Source of the DNA: an uncultured bacterium
GTDB lineage: Bacteria > Patescibacteriota > Gracilibacteria > UBA1369 > PNNO01
Reading direction: 5' to 3'
Assembly (NCBI GenBank): GCA_963704705.1
Contig: OY969931.1
Location: 150,001-182,000, forward strand
DNA length: 32,000 nucleotides
The translations under genes and the position numbers were made by a program. The notes under the pieces were generated by a model, which was not told the origin of the DNA, searched no databases, and saw only the letters and a program-made list of their open reading frames with translations. This document shows positions 1 through 5,793 of this stretch, piece by piece. Each line of letters begins with the position of its first letter. The first letter of the stretch is position 1.

Positions 1-551
1 TTAATGCGGATTGGATCATCGATTTTTTTGAATTCATCAGAAACACCCTGGTAAATAACTTCGATTTTTTCTTCGGGGGTTCCAAGAAGTTCTTTTAAGT
101 CTTTTTTGCTGTTTTGAGAGATGGTTATTATTTTTTTTGCTTTATTAACAGCTGAACGCAAAGTAATGGCATATCCAAAACGATGAAAAATCGAACGTTT
201 TTTATTGCCGGGATAAAACGAAAGCGTTAAGTCGTGGATTGTCACAATTGAAGTTCCTTTATAAAAAATTGGCGCATTAAAATGTGTAAAATGCATTAAG
301 TCCAGTTTGTACTTTTTAAGAATTTTGTTGAAGTGTGTCTGTTCCCTTAAACTGTAAATTGGGGCATCGGCCAATACTTTTTTAAATCTTGGAGAAGGGG
401 AATGGTAGTCGTCAAATTCAGGTTTATTGAGAAAAAGATAATAATCATTATCGTCATTCATCTTTGCAATACGGTCGGTTAATTCAAAGACATATCTGCC
501 AATTCCCGTGAATTTACTTGAATATATTCTACAATCAATCCCGATTTTCAT
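1..551 (-). CDS. Glycosyltransferase family 4 (GT-B fold), N-terminal part; 3' end runs off the window start
   Basis: Absent from the ORF track because it is truncated. Hand translation of the minus strand from ATG 551..549 gives MKIGIDCRIYSSKFTGIGRYVFELTDRIAKM...SIVTIHDLTLSFYPG...KIITISQNSKKDLKELLG and stays open to position 1. The N-terminus is paralogous to the GT4 CDS at 18594..19694 (MKIGIDIRE...). Confidence 0.75.
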   Translation of the reverse strand, partial: MKIGIDCRIYSSKFTGIGRYVFELTDRIAKMNDDNDYYLFLNKPEFDDYHSPSPRFKKVLADAPIYSLREQTHFNKILKKYKLDLMHFTHFNAPIFYKGTSIVTIHDLTLSFYPGNKKRSIFHRFGYAITLRSAVNKAKKIITISQNSKKDLKELLGTPEEKIEVIYQGVSDEFKKIDDPIRI

Positions 552-630
552 AGTAATTTAGATAAGGATTTTAAATTTTACTTGAGTTTCATTTAAAAGT
601 ATATTAAATTTAGTCGTGCTTTTACAACTC

Positions 631-707
631 GGGGTGGTAGTTCAGTTGGTTAGAACGCCTGCCTGTCACGCAGGAGGTCGCGAGTTCAAGTCTCGTCCAT
701 CCCGCCA
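631..707 (+). tRNA. tRNA-Asp (anticodon GTC) with genomically encoded CCA
   Basis: Cloverleaf read by hand. Acceptor stem GGGGTGG/CCATCCC, D-stem GTTC/GAAC, anticodon stem CCTGC/GCAGG with loop CTGTCAC, T-stem GCGAG/CTCGT with loop TTCAAGT, discriminator G, then CCA. Confidence 0.93.
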
Positions 708-712
708 TTCAA

Positions 713-746
713 TTCCACTTGCTACGAGTGGAACCTCTTTGAGGTT
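713..746. terminator. Two adjacent hairpins between tRNA-Asp and the convergent lipoprotein gene (possible bidirectional terminator)
   Basis: TTCCACT-tgctacg-AGTGGAA (713..733) and AACCTC-ttt-GAGGTT (732..746). No long T-run follows either one, so intrinsic-terminator status is weak. Confidence 0.3.
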
Positions 747-805
747 TCATCGAGTAGGAAGAGAATTAATCTCGAGCTCGAAGAGCGAGAGGCAAAATAG
801 TCAGT

Positions 806-1636
806 TTATTCCAATAATTTAAAGCTTCCTTTAACTTTCAAAAATTCATCTTCTGAAAGCTGATAACTATCTGGAGTTCCCCCGCTAGTTTGTTTAACTG
901 CGAGAATGTATAATGCTCCATCCTTATTAATTGTCCCCATCCTATCATCTTCAAATCCAACACCCGCTAAATCTGCATCTTTTAATTTGCTTGCAATTTC
1001 AGGAGTAGCATTTTCAGCAATTACCTCATATCTATTTTCTCCAGTTAAATTTAGGTCTCCTTTTTCGCTCATTCCTGGCATATACTTTTTTATTATACTT
1101 GAGGTTACTTCTTTATCTTTTATTTTTTGAGGATAAAGAACGATAGTATCTCCTTCAATAACATCAAATTCATCTAAATTTTCTGACAATATATCGTCTA
1201 TTATGCTTTGTGGAGCATTGCTCAAAAGCCTAAATTCGTCGATTGTTTTATTATTAACTTTTTCCAAAATTTCTTCATATTCTTGATTTGGAAAAATTTC
1301 CGATAACGTTTTTGCTGTTGATTCTTCATCAATAACAAGTTTCGGATCAACAAATACTAATTTATTAGCAATTTTATCCCATTCATCATTTGTATATACT
1401 TCAATTGAAAGAAATCCATTACCATTAAGTAGAAAACCTATAGTTTGAACTGCTTCAGGAGGGATGGGATTATTATCAACATTCGTTGTATATCCTTTTG
1501 CTGATTCAGGAAGTTCAATTTGAAATCCAAATTCATCATTTTGATATACAGTATTTTCATTAGGTTGAGAAACCCCACAACCAACCATTCCAAATATCAG
1601 AATAGTTAAAGCCGACAATGAAATTATTTTATTCAT
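806..1636 (-). CDS. Putative lipoprotein, unknown function
   Basis: 276-aa ORF. The N-terminus MNKIISLSALTILIFGMVGCGVSQ has a basic n-region, a hydrophobic core and a lipobox-like MVGC. The mature part is acidic and hydrophilic. Confidence 0.7.
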   Translation of the reverse strand: MNKIISLSALTILIFGMVGCGVSQPNENTVYQNDEFGFQIELPESAKGYTTNVDNNPIPPEAVQTIGFLLNGNGFLSIEVYTNDEWDKIANKLVFVDPKLVIDEESTAKTLSEIFPNQEYEEILEKVNNKTIDEFRLLSNAPQSIIDDILSENLDEFDVIEGDTIVLYPQKIKDKEVTSSIIKKYMPGMSEKGDLNLTGENRYEVIAENATPEIASKLKDADLAGVGFEDDRMGTINKDGALYILAVKQTSGGTPDSYQLSEDEFLKVKGSFKLLE

Positions 1637-1694
1637 AATAAGTAGGATTAATATATTATTTAAAACTTTAAATGATAAAATTCATTACATGAAC

Positions 1695-1703
1695 ATTATA
1701 ACA
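1695..1703 (-). promoter_or_regulatory. Extended -10 (TGtTATAAT on the minus strand) upstream of the lipoprotein gene
   Basis: The reverse complement of 1695..1703 reads TGTTATAAT, about 60 nt upstream of ATG 1636. Confidence 0.4.
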
Positions 1704-1747
1704 TAAAAAAAGTTCTGATTTCGTTTACTACGTTCCGCCACTAAAAA

Positions 1748-2296
1748 TCACTTATTTATTAAGTGGTTTTTTATTATTGATAATTTCAAAACATAATACC
1801 CGCTAAAGCATGCAAAGAAGGTATTTAGCCAAAAGAATATCCAGTTCATTTCTATATAACTGAACACTGCGATTAATATGCTGCCGAGTGTAAGTGCAAG
1901 ATTTCTTCTGACAGTGCCCATTTGAAGTGCGTAACCGAGTCCAACTCCGGTTAATCCTAAAATGAAAATTATAGTGTTGTAATTTTCAAAAAGATAAAGT
2001 GACCAAATTATTAAAGCAGCTCCTGAAATTGTGATAATAGGTATATCAATTTTATCGGGTACATCAATCATCATCATCAAAGTTGCAATTGCAATTAAAA
2101 TCTGAAGAAAAATAAAGAAAATCGGACCCCCGCTTAAATATCCAAGCAAAGCAAAAATAAACATCAAAATATTTCCTGCAACAAATAGCCAATTTTTCAT
2201 TGAATAAACAGGGTGCTTAACTTTAACTATCGGCCAGGCTGCTCCGGTTACTAAAATTAGTGATCCAATGACTCCAATATAGAAATTATAGTTCAT
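1748..2296 (-). CDS. Polytopic integral membrane protein, unknown function
   Basis: 182-aa ORF made almost entirely of hydrophobic segments, about 6 predicted helices by eye (e.g. IGVIGSLILVTGAAWPIV, LFVAGNILMFIFALLGYL, IFFIFLQILIAIATLMMMI). Confidence 0.65.
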   Translation of the reverse strand: MNYNFYIGVIGSLILVTGAAWPIVKVKHPVYSMKNWLFVAGNILMFIFALLGYLSGGPIFFIFLQILIAIATLMMMIDVPDKIDIPIITISGAALIIWSLYLFENYNTIIFILGLTGVGLGYALQMGTVRRNLALTLGSILIAVFSYIEMNWIFFWLNTFFACFSGYYVLKLSIIKNHLINK

Positions 2297-2342
2297 GAAA
2301 GTTAGTGTTATCTAAGCAGATTATATCATAAAAGTTTTTTTC

Positions 2343-2391
2343 TTGATTAATCAAAACCGCGCACATATAATAGAGGCCCGATTAATCAAAA
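2343..2391 (+). promoter_or_regulatory. Sigma70-type promoter TTGATT-17-TATAAT flanked by two copies of the palindrome GATTAATC(AAAA)
   Basis: -35 TTGATT at 2343..2348, 17-nt spacer, -10 TATAAT at 2366..2371. The 12-mer GATTAATCAAAA occurs at 2345..2356 and 2380..2391. The core GATTAATC is self-complementary. Confidence 0.55.
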
Positions 2392-2408
2392 ATTAACCTT
2401 TTAAAATC

Positions 2409-2852
2409 ATGGCGGAAACATTTTTAAGTATTCAGGAAGCAGCGGAAATATCTGATAAATCAATCCAGACTATTCGAAGAGCGATCAAATCCAAAAAGCT
2501 TAAAGCCCGAAAAAAGAAAACGCCACAAGGTTACAATTATATGATCGAAAAAGACAGCTTAAGAAAGGCATACGATCTGAAATCCATTTTTAATGAACAG
2601 GTAAAAGAGAAAAAAGAAGAACAAAAAGATGCAATTTCAAAAACAGGACGAAAGCTTTCTAAGCAGTATCTTACAAAAGATGATCTTGGAATGTTCAAAG
2701 ATACAGTACAAAAAATAATAGATCAGCACGAAAAAGATCAAGAAAATCTCTTCCGACTAATCAAATCTTTTCAGGACAAAGTTGTTGTTTTAGAAAATCA
2801 GGTCAAACTTTTGGCTGAACCAAAAAAGAAGTGGTTTCAAATCTGGAAGTAG
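2409..2852 (+). CDS. Helix-turn-helix (excisionase/MerR-like HTH_17) DNA-binding protein with a coiled-coil C-terminus
   Basis: The N-terminus LSIQEAAEISDKSIQTIRRAIKSKKLKA matches the HTH_17 pattern. The rest is K/E/Q-rich and helical, ending ...VVVLENQVKLLAE. Confidence 0.6.
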   Translation: MAETFLSIQEAAEISDKSIQTIRRAIKSKKLKARKKKTPQGYNYMIEKDSLRKAYDLKSIFNEQVKEKKEEQKDAISKTGRKLSKQYLTKDDLGMFKDTVQKIIDQHEKDQENLFRLIKSFQDKVVVLENQVKLLAEPKKKWFQIWK

Positions 2853-2866
2853 GCTAGAATTGATTC

Positions 2867-3520
2867 ATGCGAGAAAAAAAATTACGTAAAGAGATTTTAC
2901 GAAAACTCTTCCATTTATATCAGCTTCCAATGATACTTGGGTACGTTGTTCTCCGATATTATTTTTCTGAGCGAATAGCGGTTTTTGCAATAGTAATAAT
3001 TTTGGTTATTATTTTGGAATTTGAATTTTTACGATTGGATTTGAATGTAAAGGTCCCGGACCCTTTTGGAATTATGAGACCTCATGAAAAAAAGAGTGTC
3101 AGCGCGATGTTGTTTGTAGCGCTTTCAACAATTGTGGTATTTTCGGTTTTTGATTTTAGAATAGCGATTACTGCAATGCTCATTATGGTTTTTGGGGATT
3201 TGGCTTCAGCATTAATCGGAATTAAATATGGAAAGCACAGGATAAAAAGCGGCAAGTCATGGGAAGGATTTATTGGTGGATTTGTTATGAACCTGATTGT
3301 TGCTTCAATATTTTTATGGGACTTTCCTTTAATTATTCTGGCAATGGCATTGGTTGGAAGTTTTGCGGAATTTCTTACATATAAACTTGATGACAATCTT
3401 ACTGTACCAATCTCGTCAGCTTTTGCCGGTCATATAATGGCTTTCATTTTAGGGGTCAGCTTGGTTCAGCTAACTAATCCTATAACAGATTTATACCAGT
3501 TTCTCACCTCATTTTTTTAG
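2867..3520 (+). CDS. CdsA/dolichol-kinase superfamily membrane protein (CTP-dependent polyprenol/phytol kinase-like)
   Basis: Polytopic 217-aa ORF carrying GDLASALIGIKYGKHRI..GKSWEGFIGGF and a C-terminal KLDDNLTVPI. These match the D..A...G...G / KS.EG / DN...P motifs of the family. Confidence 0.55.
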   Translation: MREKKLRKEILRKLFHLYQLPMILGYVVLRYYFSERIAVFAIVIILVIILEFEFLRLDLNVKVPDPFGIMRPHEKKSVSAMLFVALSTIVVFSVFDFRIAITAMLIMVFGDLASALIGIKYGKHRIKSGKSWEGFIGGFVMNLIVASIFLWDFPLIILAMALVGSFAEFLTYKLDDNLTVPISSAFAGHIMAFILGVSLVQLTNPITDLYQFLTSFF

Positions 3521-3558
3521 CAGAGGCGCGAAGCGACTCTATGGAGCGGAAAAAACAC

Positions 3559-3587
3559 TTGCACGTTTTTAAGAACGCGAGTACTGT
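3559..3587 (+). promoter_or_regulatory. Candidate gdh promoter TTGCAC-17-TACTGT
   Basis: -35-like TTGCAC at 3559..3564, 17-nt spacer, -10-like TACTGT at 3582..3587, 34 nt upstream of ATG 3621. Confidence 0.35.
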
Positions 3588-3620
3588 ATTTTTGCTTTTT
3601 TAGACTTAACCAAACACGAC

Positions 3621-4868
3621 ATGTCTTTGTTTCAGAACACCCTCAAGCAGATCAACGAAGCTGCTGAGATTATGAGCCTTGATAAAGATATTTTAACAAT
3701 CCTTTCCCATCCAAAAAGAATTATTCAGGTTAGCCTTCCTATTAGAATGGATGATGGTACAGTAAAAGTTTTCGAAGGATTCCGCGTACAACATAACGAT
3801 GTAGCCGGCCCTTTTAAAGGCGGCATTCGTTATCATCAACAGGTTGATATGGAAGAGGTTAAAGCTCTTGCAACCTGGATGACAATGAAATGCAGCGTTG
3901 TTGGAATTCCTCTTGGCGGAGCAAAAGGTGGGATCATTGTTGATCCAAAAACACTTTCAAAAAGAGAATTGGAAAAATTAAGCCGAAAATATATTGATAG
4001 AGTTCAGCATAATATTGGACCTCACATGGATGTGCCTGCTCCTGATGTTAATACAAACGGAGAAATAATGGCATGGATGGTAGATGAATATATGAAATTA
4101 GGAAATTTAAATAAAAGAGGCGTGGTAACAGGTAAGCCACTTGAAGTCGGCGGATCTGAAGGCCGCGATGCAGCAACCAGCCAGGGTGGATCTTACGTTT
4201 GGGAAGAAGTTGCAAAAGAAAAAGCAATCAACCCAGGTGAAACAAAAGTTGTAATTCAGGGATTCGGAAATGCAGGATCACACATGGCAAGAATCATGGG
4301 TGAACAAGGTTATAAAATTGTTGGAGTTTCTGATTCAAAAGGTGGTGTATATTGTGAAAACGGGCTAGACGCATCTTCAATGCTTAAATGTAAAATTGAA
4401 AAAGGATCAGTTACTGAATGTGAAACTCAGGCTGATCACTGTACTAAAGTTACAAACGAAGAATTATTGGAACAGGATTGCGACATTTTAGTTTTGGCTG
4501 CGCTTGAAAATCAGGTAACCGAGCAAAATGCTGCAAATATAAAAGCTAAATATATTATCGAGCTTGCAAACGGACCAACTACTCCTGAAGCAGATAAAAT
4601 TCTTGAGAAAAAAGGAGTGCTAGTTATACCTGACATTCTTGCAAACGCTGGAGGTGTAACAGTTAGCTATTTCGAACTTGTTCAGAACGAAGCAGGTTAT
4701 TACTGGACAGCAGATAAAATACAACGTCGCTTAAAACCAATCATGATCAAATCTACTCAGCGTATTAAAGAGATGATGGAAAAATACAACTGTTCAATGC
4801 GTCAGGCAGCGTTTATAAGCGCGATGAGCAGGCTTGAAGCAATGCTTAAGAAAAGAGGGTTCGAGTAA
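3621..4868 (+). CDS. gdhA: Glutamate dehydrogenase (Glu/Leu/Phe/Val dehydrogenase family)
   Basis: 415 aa. Contains FKGGIRYH, MTMKCSVVGIPLGGAKGGI and the Rossmann motif VVIQGFGNAGSH, with typical length and motif order. Confidence 0.9.
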   Translation: MSLFQNTLKQINEAAEIMSLDKDILTILSHPKRIIQVSLPIRMDDGTVKVFEGFRVQHNDVAGPFKGGIRYHQQVDMEEVKALATWMTMKCSVVGIPLGGAKGGIIVDPKTLSKRELEKLSRKYIDRVQHNIGPHMDVPAPDVNTNGEIMAWMVDEYMKLGNLNKRGVVTGKPLEVGGSEGRDAATSQGGSYVWEEVAKEKAINPGETKVVIQGFGNAGSHMARIMGEQGYKIVGVSDSKGGVYCENGLDASSMLKCKIEKGSVTECETQADHCTKVTNEELLEQDCDILVLAALENQVTEQNAANIKAKYIIELANGPTTPEADKILEKKGVLVIPDILANAGGVTVSYFELVQNEAGYYWTADKIQRRLKPIMIKSTQRIKEMMEKYNCSMRQAAFISAMSRLEAMLKKRGFE

Positions 4869-4895
4869 GCTGCCACAGAAACTGCCACAGGCTAT

Positions 4896-5516
4896 TTAAT
4901 TAGCCTTTCGGGCAATCTCTTCATGCATTCGCTTAACTGTAGCTTCAAGTCTTTGAACTATTGGATTGTTGAGTAGCTTTTGAAGTTCCTGTAGCACTTG
5001 TTCATAGTACCAAATCACGTTTTCTCTTCGAGGCTCAGGTGCGTTAAATATTTCCCACATTGATTCGCCTTCCTGTTTATATTTTTCTATGATCGTTTCT
5101 AGATTGTGGATTTTATCAGCAGCACACACCATGAGCGCTGCTTTAGAAGCTGATTTTAGGTGATCAACATACGCCTGTTTGCGTTCTTTCCATACCGCAC
5201 GTTTTTCTTCCTTGGTTTTTTTATGTTCACCGTCCTGATGAGTGACATGATTTACAATATCAGCTATTCTGGTACTAAAATCCTGAGCCATATCTTCATA
5301 ATTGTAACCTTCAACATCTTCCAGCACATCATGTAAAAACCCAGCTGAAATAATATCTTCATCATCAGTATATTCTGCCAAAATTCGTGCAACAGCATCC
5401 GGATGCGTGAAATAAGGTGTTTTGCTCCCTTTTCTAACCTGGTCGGAATGTTTTTCTTTGGCAAAATCGTGCGCTTTTTTTGTTTTTGGTGTTAGTTCCA
5501 TATTTTTATTGTTCAT
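4896..5516 (-). CDS. RSH-type HD-domain (p)ppGpp-like pyrophosphohydrolase, i.e. small alarmone hydrolase (SAH)
   Basis: AHDFAKEKHSDQVRKGSKTPYFTHPDAVARIL...ISAGFLHDVLEDV...IADIVNHVT...LMVCAADKIHNL follows the SpoT/Mesh1 hydrolase motif order H..R..PY..HP..VA / HD..ED / AD+.HN. There is no synthetase, TGS or ACT region. The alternative start Met6 (ATG 5501) lies 4 nt after the upstream stop. Confidence 0.85.
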   Translation of the reverse strand: MNNKNMELTPKTKKAHDFAKEKHSDQVRKGSKTPYFTHPDAVARILAEYTDDEDIISAGFLHDVLEDVEGYNYEDMAQDFSTRIADIVNHVTHQDGEHKKTKEEKRAVWKERKQAYVDHLKSASKAALMVCAADKIHNLETIIEKYKQEGESMWEIFNAPEPRRENVIWYYEQVLQELQKLLNNPIVQRLEATVKRMHEEIARKAN

Positions 5517-5760
5517 TCATAGCATTTACCATTCTTTCGAATTCATCTTTTTCAATTTTTTGACCTTCACTCATAAACAGTTCATCACTAGGATAACCTA
5601 CTTCCCATTCACCATTGTCTTTTAAGCCATATCTGGTCGATCCACGTCCGTCTTCGGTATATACTTCTTTAACAGGAACACCATTTACATTAAAGTAATA
5701 AGTTTGTCCTGCATCTCGTTCGCATTCTTCTTCATACGATAGTGGTTCATTCATTTCCAT
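5506..5760 (-). CDS. Small strongly acidic protein (candidate immunity/antitoxin)
   Basis: 84 aa. Hand count gives 21 D/E versus 8 K/R. It lies 33 nt downstream of the giant gene, and its stop overlaps or abuts the SAH start. I recognise no family. Confidence 0.6.
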   Translation of the reverse strand: MEMNEPLSYEEECERDAGQTYYFNVNGVPVKEVYTEDGRGSTRYGLKDNGEWEVGYPSDELFMSEGQKIEKDEFERMVNAMNEQ

Positions 5761-5793
5761 ATTTGTTAAGTTAAAATTAAATTATATATATAA

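Noticed and set aside
708-805. GC-richer, hairpin-dense ~100 nt after tRNA-Asp as a second tRNA or small ncRNA
   Set aside because: I could not fold it into a cloverleaf, since it has no T-loop or anticodon-arm geometry. Terminator-type hairpins shared by the tRNA and the convergent lipoprotein gene explain it more simply.
616-822. 68-aa plus-strand ORF in the track
   Set aside because: It is read straight through tRNA-Asp (631..707) and the GC-rich hairpins after it. The tRNA explains the open frame, and no coding signal is evident.
631-3520. Idea that tRNA-Asp marks the edge of an integrated element (lipoprotein, membrane protein, excisionase-like HTH)
   Set aside because: No integrase is present. 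I saw no second copy of the tRNA 3' end that could serve as an att repeat, and the next genes are ordinary metabolism. The window alone cannot support this.
4870-4906. Direct repeat CTGCCACAG-aaa-CTGCCACAG (4870..4890) and hairpin AGGCTA-tttaat-TAGCCT (4889..4906) between the convergent gdh and SAH genes
   Set aside because: These are real in the sequence but very short. The hairpin has no flanking T-run and contains the SAH stop codon. They may be a weak bidirectional terminator, but there is not enough to call function.
5781-5792. TATATATATAAT (minus strand) between the giant gene and the 84-aa ORF as an internal promoter for the antidote genes
   Set aside because: This would be attractive for a toxin-antitoxin logic. 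However, -10-like strings are expected by chance in ~25-30% GC DNA and there is no matching -35. Transcript mapping is needed.
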